From NCBI GenBank assembly GCA_945861415.1, contig CAMAUV010000008.1, positions 2,944 through 66,943 of the forward strand: a DNA stretch of 64,000 bases, in the 5' to 3' direction. The translations under genes were made by a program, and so were the position numbers. This document shows, piece after piece, positions 17,423 to 28,203 of this stretch (positions are counted from its first letter, which is position 1; each line of letters begins with the position of its first letter). The DNA comes from Akkermansia muciniphila (lineage in GTDB: Bacteria > Verrucomicrobiota > Verrucomicrobiia > Verrucomicrobiales > V1-33). The notes below the pieces were generated by a model that saw nothing but the letters and a program-made list of their open reading frames with translations, had not been told where the DNA came from and ran no database searches.

Positions 17423-18310
17423 ATGAGAATAGGTATCACTGGCGCGACAGGTTTCATCGGGAGGCATTTGCTCACAGCGGCGCGGAATGCCGGGAACGAT
17501 GTGATCGGCTACAGCCGCCGTCCGGCTCCGCGGGCGGGCTTCGTTGAAATGCGGGCATGGCAGCCAGTTAGGGAAGCAGATTTTAGCGGACTGGACGGGC
17601 TGATTCACCTTGCTGGTGAGAACCTGCTGGGGCTCTGGACAAAAAAGAAACGTGACTCCATCTACCGAAGCCGGGTTGACGACACTCGTGCGCTGATTGC
17701 GAGGCTCCGGGAACTCCCCCAACCGCCCCGCGTGCTGGTAAGCGCCGGTGGCAGCAGTTATTATGGGGACGCCGGTGAGGGGGAACTAACGGAAGCTGCA
17801 GCACCCGGGAGCGGATTTATTTCGGAAGTGGCGCGGGCTTGGGAAGAGGCAGCTATGAAGGGTTCGGATTTCATGCGGGTGGTGACAATGCGCACAGGCG
17901 TTGTTCTGGGCGCGGATGGAGGTGCCGTTCCCGCGCTGCGGCTACTCTTTAAGCTGGCACTGGGCGGGCGGCTCGGCAACGGGCGGCAATGGATGCCATG
18001 GGTTCACGTGACCGATCTCGCGCGGCTGTTTCTCTTCGCCGTGGAAAATGAGGCGCTGAGGGGGCCCGTGAACGGAGCCGCCCCGGGATGTGTGCGAAAT
18101 TCGGATTTTACCCGTTCGGTGGCTGCGGCGGTCAATCGGCCGGCCATCTTCCCGGCCCCGGCTTTTCTACTTCGCCTTCTGCCGGGCGGCATGGGCGACA
18201 TTTTTCTGCACAGTCAGCGTCTGGTTCCGGAAGCCGCGCAAGCCGCAGGCTTCGCATGGCTCTTTCCGGAGATTTCCACAGCCACGAAGGATGTCTTTGA
18301 CCCGGCGTGA
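17423..18310 (+). CDS. TIGR01777 family NAD-dependent epimerase/oxidoreductase (YfcH-like)
   Basis: ITGATGFIG, IHLAGE, SRV, WE, RTGVVLG, GGRLGNGRQWMPWVH and GPVN. Confidence 0.92.
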   Translation: MRIGITGATGFIGRHLLTAARNAGNDVIGYSRRPAPRAGFVEMRAWQPVREADFSGLDGLIHLAGENLLGLWTKKKRDSIYRSRVDDTRALIARLRELPQPPRVLVSAGGSSYYGDAGEGELTEAAAPGSGFISEVARAWEEAAMKGSDFMRVVTMRTGVVLGADGGAVPALRLLFKLALGGRLGNGRQWMPWVHVTDLARLFLFAVENEALRGPVNGAAPGCVRNSDFTRSVAAAVNRPAIFPAPAFLLRLLPGGMGDIFLHSQRLVPEAAQAAGFAWLFPEISTATKDVFDPA

Positions 18311-18337
18311 GGCAACGCCGCCGTGGGGTAGCGGCGA

Positions 18338-19378
18338 TCATTCATGCCAGCCCTGCCAGAGCCAAACGAGCGTATCAGCCAGCGTCTGCTGGAAGACACG
18401 TTTGTCGCAGTGCCCAGTGGCTTTGGAGAAAACGTAGCGGTGGTGATAGCCTTTGGCTTGAAAAGCCTCGGCAGTGCGCTGTCCGGCCATGAGCCAGTTG
18501 TGATAGGTTTCCTCGGCCTCGTGCGCACCGTTGTCATTTTCTGATACGTGCGTGAACACGCGCAGTGGCTTAAGTTCGCTCTTTTCGATAAGCTTCATGC
18601 CAGAGTGGTATTCCCAAGCTCCCAGCGGAAACTGCTTCTCCTCCGGCGCATCGTCATCCTGCTGATCAACAAACGTGCCGGAATAGGCCACGATGCGGCG
18701 GAACATATCCGGTCGGAACCATCCCATGCTCAGCGCCGCAGCACCGCCGGAACTGCAGCCGATGACACCGCGGCCCCATGGGTTCTCAGTCAACTTGAGC
18801 TTCGGATAAGCAGCCCTGATCGCCGGGTTGGCGAGTAGGGCCGGGAGCACTTCGTCGTAAATGAATCGAGCCAAGCGGTCACTCATCGTGTCATATTCCA
18901 AACCGCGCTGGCTGTTCTTGCCGTCGTCGCCACCATTCTCTACAGCGATGGCAATGAATGCCGGAAGCTTGCGCTTAGGGTCTTTGGAAACCGTGAGGTT
19001 ATCGAGAGCATTGCGGATGAGACCGATCTGCCCAGGGCCGTCATGAATGATCATGAGCGGTGCGGGAGTCCCGTCCCTGTATGCGGAGGGAATATAAATG
19101 CTGATGCTCCGCTCCATGCGCACGCCCTTCTTGTCAGGCTCCAGCGTTTTGTCATCCCCCCGGAAAATCTTGCTGTCCGCCAGCTTCATTTTGAAGTCGA
19201 ACGACTTGCCTTTGGGGTTTCCAAGGTCCGTGAGGTCACGGTCCATTTTGTATTCTGGTCCCACAGAGAAGATGCCGTCGCCCTCTTTGCCCGGAGACTC
19301 AGCGTAGTCTCTAGCGCATGCCGTGCATGACAGCAGGAATGCAAGGAATAGACGTTTTGCAGAAAGCAGAAAATTCAT
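18338..19378 (-). CDS. Secreted alpha/beta-hydrolase, enterochelin esterase-like
   Basis: Signal-like N-terminus; ISIYIP, HDG, RGLEYD, nucleophile GCSSGG and GHCD. Confidence 0.85.
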   Translation of the reverse strand: MNFLLSAKRLFLAFLLSCTACARDYAESPGKEGDGIFSVGPEYKMDRDLTDLGNPKGKSFDFKMKLADSKIFRGDDKTLEPDKKGVRMERSISIYIPSAYRDGTPAPLMIIHDGPGQIGLIRNALDNLTVSKDPKRKLPAFIAIAVENGGDDGKNSQRGLEYDTMSDRLARFIYDEVLPALLANPAIRAAYPKLKLTENPWGRGVIGCSSGGAAALSMGWFRPDMFRRIVAYSGTFVDQQDDDAPEEKQFPLGAWEYHSGMKLIEKSELKPLRVFTHVSENDNGAHEAEETYHNWLMAGQRTAEAFQAKGYHHRYVFSKATGHCDKRVFQQTLADTLVWLWQGWHE

Positions 19379-19399
19379 AAGTGTCTTCTCATAAGTGGC

Positions 19400-19650
19400 G
19401 GACACTCCCCGGCAAGGCCGCTGCCCGCCGGAAGTGCGGACGTCACCATCATCGGCAACGTGCTCACCGGCAGCGGGTCGAAATTTGGCAACGCCGCGGG
19501 CGGCGACCTCAGCGATTTCACTGCAGTCACGTGGGATGGGCTGAACCACGATGTTACTCCATCGAAAACCGGAGCGCTGAACCGGGCCGACCCCATAAAT
19601 CTAGTGCCGGCGGATCTAAGGAGAAATGCCCGGGCACCTCAAAACACTTC
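19400..19650 (+). pseudogene. Possible remnant of the 3' end of a secreted protein gene
   Basis: Frame reads SADVTIIGNVLTGSGSKFGNAAGGDLSDFTAVTWDGLNHDVTPSKTGALNRADP, protein-like but with no convincing start. Confidence 0.25.
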
Positions 19651-19679
19651 ATGTGCCATCGCGCGCAAAAACCAGCCTC

Positions 19680-19994
19680 TCAGGTCGCGGCCTTTTCCTT
19701 TTTGGCAGGTTTTTCTGCAGGCTTTGACTCCGATTTAGGGGCACTTTCTGCAGCAGGTTTACTCTCGCCGCCGCCGGAGTCCTTCTTCGCAGCCGCTTTG
19801 TAGCCCTCGCTGCGATAGTCAGTGATGTAGAAGCCAGAACCCTTGAAAACAAGCCCTGCGCCCATTCCAATCTTGCGCTCCACTTTTCCGCGGCAGCCTT
19901 TCTGCGGGCATTTGGTTAGGCGCGCGTCATTCATGCTTTGAAAAATCTCAAATTCATGACCGCATTTGGGGCAGGCGTAATCGTAGGTGGGCAC
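19680..19994 (-). CDS. FmdB family zinc-ribbon protein
   Basis: GTG start; PTYDYACPKC...FEIFQSM...CPQKGC...FKGSGFYITDY; Lys/Ala-rich tail. Confidence 0.93.
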   Translation of the reverse strand: MPTYDYACPKCGHEFEIFQSMNDARLTKCPQKGCRGKVERKIGMGAGLVFKGSGFYITDYRSEGYKAAAKKDSGGGESKPAAESAPKSESKPAEKPAKKEKAAT

Positions 19995-20120
19995 GGAAAG
20001 TAAGACAGTGAATGGATTGGAAGAACCGCGACAGTGGATGCCCTTTGGCGGAATGCAAGGCCCCGGCGGACAAAGGCAACGGACTTGCACACGGCCAATT
20101 TCTCCTAGAAAGTCTGCCGC

Positions 20121-20816
20121 ATGTCAGTCGAATCTACTCCACCCACCACCGTAGCCGCGAGGCGCACATTTTGGTTCCGCCGTCGCAGTATTCCGCTGCC
20201 AACATGGCGCACGTGGTTCGTCGTGCTTTCCTCCATAGGAATCGCGTCATGGCTACTGCTACCGCGAGTCCACGCCTGGCTGGCTGTGATTGAGCCTCTC
20301 GATAAGCCGCCCTACATGATCGTGGAAGGTTGGCTGCCGGACTATGCCCTAGAGGAGGCGATGGCGGACGCCAACGGGCAGCCGGTGAGGCGGATTTTCA
20401 CCACCGGCATTCCATTGGAAAGAGGAACCTTTCTTTCTGGATTCCGGGACTACGCCACCCTCTCCGCCGCCTCTCTCGCCAAGATGGGCATCAATTCCGA
20501 ATTGATCTGTCCGGTACCGTCTAATGAAGTGAACACTGAGCGTACCCGCGCCATGGCAAGGGCTCTGAAAAAGGTGCTCGATGCCGAAAACATCCCCGCT
20601 GCGGAGCGCCGCATCAATCTTTACACCCTAGGCGCCCATGGACGGCGCAGTGCCCGCATTTACCGCGATGTCCTTGGCAGCTCATGGCAGGTGGGTGTGA
20701 TATCCGTGCCCAGCAAAGACTACGATGAAACCAAGTGGTACCGCAAAAGCTCCGGAGCAAAAAGCGTGCTTAGCGAACTCGTGGCGCTCACCGTGCAATC
20801 CGGCGACGGGGATTGA
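20121..20816 (+). CDS. YdcF/DUF218-like membrane-anchored protein
   Basis: N-terminal TM; IVEGW, IFTTG, ERT and T-x3-HGRRS motifs. Confidence 0.7.
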   Translation: MSVESTPPTTVAARRTFWFRRRSIPLPTWRTWFVVLSSIGIASWLLLPRVHAWLAVIEPLDKPPYMIVEGWLPDYALEEAMADANGQPVRRIFTTGIPLERGTFLSGFRDYATLSAASLAKMGINSELICPVPSNEVNTERTRAMARALKKVLDAENIPAAERRINLYTLGAHGRRSARIYRDVLGSSWQVGVISVPSKDYDETKWYRKSSGAKSVLSELVALTVQSGDGD

Positions 20817-21132
20817 AGCATTCAGCGGATGCCGGCAAGAGTTCGGAAATGGACGGACTGCGCCGCATCCCTTCCAATGATCCCGCTGCCCCCCGCGAAT
20901 ATTTGATCCGGAGCAGCCCACTCAGACCGGTCATCCCCTCAACCCGGCCAGCCTATTAGCCGAAAGCAGCACGCCCCGCCCACCCATGCGTAGCACTTCC
21001 GCAAGGCAGCAGTCGGTTCCCCATTGCACCGCAAAGCCGCTTGCGCCCCGCAGACCCGCAAGGCACGGCACATACTCCGAAAAGGCGCATTACCGACGCT
21101 CTTCGGTTCTTAACCTCTCCCGCTCACCCGCC

Positions 21133-22665
21133 TTGGACTCGATCAATCCTTTCCGCGAAGACCTCTCGACCCGCTGCAGGCCGGAGCCCTGCAGCGTCGT
21201 CATCTTCGGTGCCAGTGGGGACTTGACCGGGCGCAAACTCATCCCTGCGCTCTACAATATCGCCGCCGATGGCGACCTACCGCCCACTCTCAAGGTGGTA
21301 GGTTTTGCACGCCGCGAGAAATCCCATGAGTCGTTCCGGGCCGAACTGGAAACAATGAACCGTAAAGTTTCCCGCCAGGGACACAATGACGACCTGTGGC
21401 GCACCTTTTCCCAAAACATCTGCTATCATTGCAGCGAATTTGAGGAAGCCGAAGGATACCGAAAACTGGCGGAGTTCCTTGAGGAACTGGACGCTCAGGG
21501 TGCCGGTGGAAACCGGTTGTTCTATCTTTCCACCGCTCCGGAATACTTTCCGGTAGTGCTTCAGCAACTCGCCGCCGCGGGTTTGCACAAGGCGAAGTCT
21601 GGAAAGTGGGCGCGCGTCGTCATTGAAAAACCCTTTGGCACCGACCTCGCTACCGCCCAGTCCCTCAACACAGCCGCGAACGAAACTTTCGATGAGGCAG
21701 ACACCTATCGCATAGACCATTACCTTGGAAAGGAAACTGCGCAGAACATAATGATCCTGCGCTTCGCCAATTCCATGTTCGAGCCGCTCTGGAACAACCG
21801 GTTCATCGACCACGTCCAGATTTCCTGCGCGGAAAATCTGGGCATGGAAGGCGGCCGCGGCGGCTACTATGACAAGGCCGGATGCCTCCGCGACATGGTG
21901 CAGAATCACCTACTGCAACTCGTCATGCTAATCGCCATGGAACCGCCCGCCGATCTGACCGCGGACGGCATTCGCGACGAAAAAGTGAAGGTGCTTAAGA
22001 GTCTCCGGCACTACAAGGACGCCGACGATGTGGCGCGCAATGTAATCCGCGCCCAATACACCGCAGGCACTGTAGCCGGCAAGGCAGCCAAAGGGTATCG
22101 CGAAGAGGACCGTATCCCCCCCGACAGCATGACCGAAGCCTACGTGGCCATGCGCATCAACATCGACAACTGGCGCTGGGAAGGCGTGCCCTTTTATTTG
22201 CGCGTCGGCAAGCAACTGCCAAAGAAGGCGACGGAGATCAGCATTCATTTCCGGAGACCGCCTCACGTACTTTTCAATCGCGGCACGGCGGACGATCCTG
22301 CGAATGTCCTCGTCATCCGCATCCAACCGGACGAAGGCATAAGCCTGCGCGTGCAGGTCAAGAAACCCGGACCAAGTGTGGTCACAGAGCGTGTGAAGAT
22401 GGACTTTCACTACGCAAACAGCTTCGGGAAAGGCAGCCCGGAAGCCTACGAGCGCCTGCTCCTCGACGCTATGGCAGGCGACGCTACGCTCTTCGCCCGC
22501 CGGGACGAGGTGGAGAATGCGTGGCGCTATATCGACCTCATTGAGCATGCATGGCACCAGAGCCCTAATAGCCCGCCCATGCGCGAATACCCTGCAGGAT
22601 CGTGGGGACCGGAAGAAGCCGACCGCCTAATCGAAGAGGACGGTAGAAACTGGCGGCGCATCTGA
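21133..22665 (+). CDS. zwf: Glucose-6-phosphate 1-dehydrogenase
   Basis: VIFGASGDL, EKPFG, RIDHYLGKE, DMVQNHLLQ, RWEGVPFYLR and AYERLL; TTG start assumed (ORF open from 20986). Confidence 0.97.
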   Translation: MDSINPFREDLSTRCRPEPCSVVIFGASGDLTGRKLIPALYNIAADGDLPPTLKVVGFARREKSHESFRAELETMNRKVSRQGHNDDLWRTFSQNICYHCSEFEEAEGYRKLAEFLEELDAQGAGGNRLFYLSTAPEYFPVVLQQLAAAGLHKAKSGKWARVVIEKPFGTDLATAQSLNTAANETFDEADTYRIDHYLGKETAQNIMILRFANSMFEPLWNNRFIDHVQISCAENLGMEGGRGGYYDKAGCLRDMVQNHLLQLVMLIAMEPPADLTADGIRDEKVKVLKSLRHYKDADDVARNVIRAQYTAGTVAGKAAKGYREEDRIPPDSMTEAYVAMRINIDNWRWEGVPFYLRVGKQLPKKATEISIHFRRPPHVLFNRGTADDPANVLVIRIQPDEGISLRVQVKKPGPSVVTERVKMDFHYANSFGKGSPEAYERLLLDAMAGDATLFARRDEVENAWRYIDLIEHAWHQSPNSPPMREYPAGSWGPEEADRLIEEDGRNWRRI

Positions 22666-22746
22666 TCGGCTTTAGAGGCGCCAATGGCTGAGCGCTAGAT
22701 CACATAGCAAAATTTGCCGCGCCAAACCGCTTAGCCAGCATTCTTC

Positions 22747-23781
22747 TCAAAACAACTCCTGCTGCCGCTCGGTGTTTACGGGTGCGGGGACGCCGAGTTT
22801 TTCGTAGGCGGCAGCGAGGGCAACGCGGCCCCGGGGGGTCCGTTTGAGGAAGCCTTTCATAATGAGGTACGGCTCGTTCACTTCCTCCAGCGTAGTGGAG
22901 TCTTCGCCCACGGCCACAGCCACCGTGTTGAGGCCCACGGGGCCACCGTCGAAGCGGTGAATAATGGCCTCGAGGATGCGCTTGTCCATTTCATCTAGGC
23001 CGTCGGCATCGATCTCGATTAAGGTGAGCGCTGCGTCTGCGACATCGCGCGTGATGATGTTATCGGCGCGCACCTGAGCGTAGTCGCGCACGTAGCGAAG
23101 GAGCATGTTGGCTACCCGAGGGGTGCCACGAGCCCGCAAGGCGATCTCATCGGCGCCGCCGCGCTCGATTTGCATATCAAGGAGACTGGCGCTACGCTCA
23201 ATGATGTTAGTGAGTTCCGTGGCGGGGTAATAGTCCAGCCGGTTCACCATGCCAAAACGGCTGCGCAGCGGCGCGGTGAGCATCCCGCTGCGCGTCGTTG
23301 CGCCTACGAGCGTGAACCTCGGCAGCGGAAGTTGAATGCTGCGCGCGCTGGGCCCCTGGTCGATGATGATGTCCAGCTTATAGTCCTCCATCGCCGGGTA
23401 GAGATACTCCTCCAGCTTCGGGTGGAGTCGGTGGATTTCGTCAATGAAAAGCACATCACTGCGTTCCAGCTTAGTGAGAATGGCTGCGAGGTCGCCGGCC
23501 TTTTCGATCTGCGGTCCGTTGCAAGTATGGATACGGCTGCCTATACTGGCGGCGATGATGTGCGCGAGGCTCGTCTTCCCAAGGCCCGGAGGCCCGCACA
23601 GCAGCACGTGGTCCAGCACATCCCCGCGCTGTTTGGCCGCCTCCACGCGCATGGTCAGCAATTCTACCACCTTTGCCTGCCCCACGAAGTCCTCAAACCC
23701 GGGAGGGCGCAGCGAAATATCGAACACCGTTTTGGGTGACTCGCTGACCTCCTCGTAGAAATGGTTGCCGGATTCTGACAT
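22747..23781 (-). CDS. ruvB: Holliday junction branch migration helicase RuvB
   Basis: [36 protein letters not shown] and RTPRGR. Confidence 0.97.
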   Translation of the reverse strand: MSESGNHFYEEVSESPKTVFDISLRPPGFEDFVGQAKVVELLTMRVEAAKQRGDVLDHVLLCGPPGLGKTSLAHIIAASIGSRIHTCNGPQIEKAGDLAAILTKLERSDVLFIDEIHRLHPKLEEYLYPAMEDYKLDIIIDQGPSARSIQLPLPRFTLVGATTRSGMLTAPLRSRFGMVNRLDYYPATELTNIIERSASLLDMQIERGGADEIALRARGTPRVANMLLRYVRDYAQVRADNIITRDVADAALTLIEIDADGLDEMDKRILEAIIHRFDGGPVGLNTVAVAVGEDSTTLEEVNEPYLIMKGFLKRTPRGRVALAAAYEKLGVPAPVNTERQQELF

Positions 23782-23955
23782 GATTACCATGCTTATGCGG
23801 CCCACAGAGCACTTTTCCAGCAAAGAATCAGCTTAAGGTGAAATCCGGGCCCAAAAAGGGTTCTGCCCGTAGTCCCTGCTCGGTGGTCAGAATAATCATT
23901 CCGCAGGCTTAGCGGTCCAATGCAGCGAATCAAAAACGCGCCCCTGATCCGCGAC

Positions 23956-25284
23956 CTAAGGATTGCTGTCCTGCAGGATCAGCCGTTCGCGGAACTTTAC
24001 AGCAAAAGGAATAAACAAAACCGCCGCCGCAAGCATGCATCCCGAGAAGAACAGGTAATAGGAGGCACCCGTAAGCTGTGACGCTCCGAAAATATTCACC
24101 AGGGCGGTAAATGCATTCCCTAGAGCCACGCTGGCCATATTCACCCCCAACATGAGTGACTTTCCGCTCTTTGCCGCCTGCGTGTAGGAGAACTCCAGTA
24201 AGGTGGGTGAGATCATCACCTCCGCCATCGTGATGAATACGTAGGCTAAAATCTGCCATGCAATCGATGGGGTAGCTCCATCGGCAATGCGGTGCTCGAG
24301 CCACGCCGGAATAAGAAACGATATCACGGCGAGGAAAAAGCCGATACCGATCTTTCGCAGAGGAGTGAGGGGAAACGCCCGACTGATTGCCGGATAGATA
24401 ACGAAAGCGCAGAGCGGCAGAAAGAGCATGACCATGATCGGGTTGGCGGCCTGCATTTGAGCTGGAGTAATTTTGATTCCTAGCAATATTTGGTCAAGAT
24501 GCTTACCCTGCAATACCCACCGGGATCCGCACTGATCAAAGAGCGCCCAGAATAAAGCCACAAAGATAAAAAGAAGGGCCATTCGCCCCACCGCCGCGAG
24601 GTTTTCTGGGCTGAAGGTCTCTCCCCAATAAGCAGGGCCCCGGGCAGGTATGTGCGCGTAATTCCTGCGCCCAAGCCAAAAGATAAAGGTCGCCACCGCC
24701 ATAAGGATGCCCGGTATGCCGAAAGCAAGATGGGGACCGTGATGGTTCAGCACGCGTGGAATGATCAGAAATGCCAGTGTAGAGCCAAGATTAATGGCAA
24801 AGTAGAACATCTGATACACGCGGGGCAGCAGGTGCTGATTTTGCGAGGAGAACTGATCCCCCACGTGCGCAGACACGCAGCCCTTGATCCCTCCCGACCC
24901 AAAAGCAATAAGAGCCAGTCCTGTAAACAGCCCCACCCTTGAGGTATCCAGCGCCAGAGCAAGATGCCCGGCGCAGTAGACAATAGAAAGCAGCATGATG
25001 GTCGTGTATTTACCCAGCCACCTGTCGGCCAAAATGGCACCGAGGAGCGGCGTAAAATAGACCGCTGTAATGAATGCGTGATACCATGATGTTGCCTCTC
25101 CGTCGCTCATCGCTGCGAGGACACCCCCTGCCATGAGGTGCAGCGTCATGAAGTCGAAAAGGATCCCCCTCATGCCGTAAAAGCTGAACCTTTCGGCAGC
25201 CTCGTTGCCAATGATTGGCGGAATGCCTGATGGCATTTTTGACGTCGGTTCCGGAGTGGTGCGGTAAGAGGTAGCGGCTGACAT
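23956..25284 (-). CDS. POT/PTR family proton-dependent oligopeptide transporter
   Basis: ExxERFSFYG (EAAERFSFYGM), ADRWLGKY, GSGGIK, GDQF and FYFAINLG. Confidence 0.93.
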   Translation of the reverse strand: MSAATSYRTTPEPTSKMPSGIPPIIGNEAAERFSFYGMRGILFDFMTLHLMAGGVLAAMSDGEATSWYHAFITAVYFTPLLGAILADRWLGKYTTIMLLSIVYCAGHLALALDTSRVGLFTGLALIAFGSGGIKGCVSAHVGDQFSSQNQHLLPRVYQMFYFAINLGSTLAFLIIPRVLNHHGPHLAFGIPGILMAVATFIFWLGRRNYAHIPARGPAYWGETFSPENLAAVGRMALLFIFVALFWALFDQCGSRWVLQGKHLDQILLGIKITPAQMQAANPIMVMLFLPLCAFVIYPAISRAFPLTPLRKIGIGFFLAVISFLIPAWLEHRIADGATPSIAWQILAYVFITMAEVMISPTLLEFSYTQAAKSGKSLMLGVNMASVALGNAFTALVNIFGASQLTGASYYLFFSGCMLAAAVLFIPFAVKFRERLILQDSNP

Positions 25285-25535
25285 GAACTCCGGTATCGGC
25301 TGGACTGTCCGGGGCTGCAAACAAAATTCGCCGGTGCGCCGGGGATCACACAGCGGAGTCGACAATCTAGCGAGCCCGCAGGCGCCCGCTCCAAAATCCT
25401 TTTGCTCTGTTACGGCGATAGCCCGCGCTTTCGGGGCTGTCCGGCCTACAATTATCGCCCGCCAGGGACACGGAGTCGCACAGACTCCCACAATCCCCTT
25501 GCCAATCTTCCAGAAATTTGAAATGGGATTGAATC

Positions 25536-25550
25536 TGAGACGTAATCTCA
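25536..25550. promoter_or_regulatory. Fur-box-like palindrome upstream of feoAAB
   Basis: TGAGA-CGTAA-TCTCA inverted repeat (7-1-7 geometry) 15 bp before the first feoA start. Confidence 0.6.
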
Positions 25551-25565
25551 ACACATCAGTAATCC

Positions 25566-25820
25566 ATGCTTTCACCTTCCTGCCCCGACGATGGCTGCAT
25601 TTGCAAGCCGCTAACCTCCGCCCGAAGGGGCGATCGGGTGGTGGTCAGGCACTTGCAAGGCGCGGAGGCTGACCGCACGCGGCTTCGGGAAATGGGAATC
25701 CGCGAAGAAGTAGAAGTCCACATGGTTTGCGGAGGCGGACCGGTGATTGCCCACGTGCAAGGCGCGAAAGTTTGCCTTAGCGTGCGCTTGGCTGAGACCA
25801 TCCTTGTGGCCCCGGCCTGA
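25566..25820 (+). CDS. feoA: Ferrous iron transport protein A (FeoA) with Cys-rich N-terminus
   Basis: RLREMGI...EV...GPVI...V-GAKVCL...AETILV SH3-like FeoA pattern; directly upstream of the second feoA and feoB. Confidence 0.8.
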   Translation: MLSPSCPDDGCICKPLTSARRGDRVVVRHLQGAEADRTRLREMGIREEVEVHMVCGGGPVIAHVQGAKVCLSVRLAETILVAPA

Positions 25821-25824
25821 CGGC

Positions 25825-26061
25825 ATGAAACGCACGCGCCTTTCCGACCTCAAGCCCGGAGCTCGGGCTGTCATCGCCAGCCTGCCGGAAGGCATCCCTA
25901 GCCTGACGCGGATCCGTGAATTGGGCCTGCTGCCCGGCACACGAGTGCAATTTGTTCGCCGTGCCCCGCTGGGAGATCCTGTGGAAATCTGTGTACGGGG
26001 TGCTTTGCTCTCGCTGCGCGACAGCGAGGCCATACACATTGAAGTTGACCCCCTGCCATGA
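25825..26061 (+). CDS. feoA: Ferrous iron transport protein A (FeoA)
   Basis: LSDLKPG, RIRELGLLPGT and APLGDPVEICVRGALLSLR. Confidence 0.93.
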   Translation: MKRTRLSDLKPGARAVIASLPEGIPSLTRIRELGLLPGTRVQFVRRAPLGDPVEICVRGALLSLRDSEAIHIEVDPLP

Positions 26062-28184
26062 CCGCAACCACGATGCTCACCCCACTCAAGGAAGGCATGG
26101 TCTACGCTCTGGTAGGGAATCCCAACTGTGGGAAAACCACACTGTTCAATGCCCTCACTGGCCTCAAGCAGCGCGTGGGCAACTACCCGGGGGTGACGGT
26201 GGAGCGAAAGGAGGGTGAGTGCTTTTCGCAACACGGCGTGCGGCTGAAAGTGATCGACTTGCCCGGTGCCTACAGCCTCAACGCCCGCTCGCCGGACGAA
26301 GCCATTCTGCGCGATGTCCTGCTCGGCCGCCGAAAAGACACCCCTCGGCCGGACCGCATCATTTGCGTGGTAGATGCCTCCAATCTGGAGCGCAATCTCT
26401 ACCTCTTCACTCAGATCCTTGAGTTGGGCGTTCCCTGCATTCTCGTGCTCAATATGGTGGATGTGGCGGAGAAAGCCGGGACGCGATTTGATATCGACAG
26501 GCTCTCCGATAGGTTCGGCATGCCGGTTATCCCGATGGTGGCGAGTCAAAAGAAGGGGCTGGTGGAATTAAAAATGGCCATGAGCCGCCCTGATCTCACG
26601 GCACCCAAACCGCTCCTTGATGCCATGCCCGTGCCTATACGCGGAGCGCTCGTGCGCAGCCGGGAAAATCTGGCCACGTCGGGCATCGTCAGCGCCACGG
26701 CCTCCCCGCTGGAGCCGCTTTATCTAATTTCCGGCCACGATCCCACGCATTACGGGATCGAAGCCTCGGCGGTGAAGGCCATAGAGCAGGCCCGCGAACA
26801 GGTGGAGCGTGAAATCCCCGGATGGGAAGATCGTCTGGTGGCAGCCCGCTACGATGCCATTCACGCGGCTCTCGACGGCATTATCCGGCGTCCGGACAAT
26901 GCCTCTGCGACGCTCACCGACAAACTCGACACTTTTCTGCTCCACAAATTCTGGGGCTGGCTCACGCTCGTGAGCACTCTCGGGTTTCTCTTCTACCTGA
27001 TCTTCTCCGTGGTGGAAATCCCGGTGGGCTGGATCGAGGGACGCTTTGAGTGGCTCAATGATATAGTGAAGGGCTGGATGGCCGATGGCGATCTGCGCGG
27101 TCTCATTACCGATGGAATTCTTGCGGGTGTGAGCGGAGTTCTGGTCTTCCTTCCACAGATTCTCATCCTGTTTTTCTTCATCGGGTTCATGGAGGACACG
27201 GGCTATATGGCCCGAATTGCCTTTCTAATGGACCGCATCATGAGCCGCGTAGGACTCACAGGGAAAAGCTTTCTGCCGCTGCTAGGCTCGCACGCCTGTG
27301 CAGTGCCCGGCGTCATGGCCACGCGAACGATTGAGAGTCCGCGGGACAGGCTCATCACCATCCTCGTATCCCCGCTCGCAGCGTGTTCGGCCCGACTTCC
27401 GGTGTATCTGCTGCTCATTGCGGCTCTAGTACCCGGTGAAATGGTGCCGCCACTGACTAAAGCCAGCATTTTACTCGGGCTCTATGCGATGGGCATCATC
27501 GGGGCTTTTCTCTTTGCCTGGCTATTCAACAAGAAACTTCTTCCCGGCGCTCCTTCGGCCATGATCCTCGAGCTACCGGCATATAAGCTGCCCGCTTTGG
27601 GCAACATCGTGCGCCAAATGTGGAGCCGCGCGTGGATGTTCATCCGACGTGCGGGCACTGTCATCATGGGGTTGAGCATTCTTCTTTGGGCGCTGCTCAC
27701 CTATCCCAAACTGGGGGCTGATCCTGCAAAACCTCTCAGCGAAGCAGCGTTTAAGTCCGCTGCGCTTGAGCACAGTCTTGGCGGAAGACTCGGCCAGGCG
27801 ATTGAGCCCGTCGTACGGCCCATGGGTGGCGACTGGAAGATCGGAGTAGGCTTAATCGCATCCTTTGCCGCTCGCGAAGTTTTCGGGAGCACCCTCGGCA
27901 TCATCTACAGCGTCGAGGAAACCGAGGATGAGGATGAAAGCCAAACCCGCCTGCGTGACCGACTCGCCCTAGAAAAACACCCCGACGGAAGGCCTGTCTA
28001 TACCCCCGGCCTTTGCGTGGCGCTGCTTGTCTTCTTCGTCTTTGCAATGCAGTGCCTAAGCACCGTCGCCGTCGTGCGCCGGGAGACACAAAGCTGGAAG
28101 TGGCCCCTCTTCCAGCTAGCCTATATGACCGGAACCGGCTACCTGCTGGCAGTGGCCGTGTTTCAAGTGTCGAAGCTGTTTTAG
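26058..28184 (+). CDS. feoB: Ferrous iron transport protein B
   Basis: G1 GNPNCGKTT, VGNYPGVTVE, DLPG, NMVD, EDTGYMAR, ACSARLPVY and AAREV. Confidence 0.97.
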   Translation: MTATTMLTPLKEGMVYALVGNPNCGKTTLFNALTGLKQRVGNYPGVTVERKEGECFSQHGVRLKVIDLPGAYSLNARSPDEAILRDVLLGRRKDTPRPDRIICVVDASNLERNLYLFTQILELGVPCILVLNMVDVAEKAGTRFDIDRLSDRFGMPVIPMVASQKKGLVELKMAMSRPDLTAPKPLLDAMPVPIRGALVRSRENLATSGIVSATASPLEPLYLISGHDPTHYGIEASAVKAIEQAREQVEREIPGWEDRLVAARYDAIHAALDGIIRRPDNASATLTDKLDTFLLHKFWGWLTLVSTLGFLFYLIFSVVEIPVGWIEGRFEWLNDIVKGWMADGDLRGLITDGILAGVSGVLVFLPQILILFFFIGFMEDTGYMARIAFLMDRIMSRVGLTGKSFLPLLGSHACAVPGVMATRTIESPRDRLITILVSPLAACSARLPVYLLLIAALVPGEMVPPLTKASILLGLYAMGIIGAFLFAWLFNKKLLPGAPSAMILELPAYKLPALGNIVRQMWSRAWMFIRRAGTVIMGLSILLWALLTYPKLGADPAKPLSEAAFKSAALEHSLGGRLGQAIEPVVRPMGGDWKIGVGLIASFAAREVFGSTLGIIYSVEETEDEDESQTRLRDRLALEKHPDGRPVYTPGLCVALLVFFVFAMQCLSTVAVVRRETQSWKWPLFQLAYMTGTGYLLAVAVFQVSKLF

Positions 28185-28203
28185 CCCTGCCCGCCCGGAG
28201 GGC

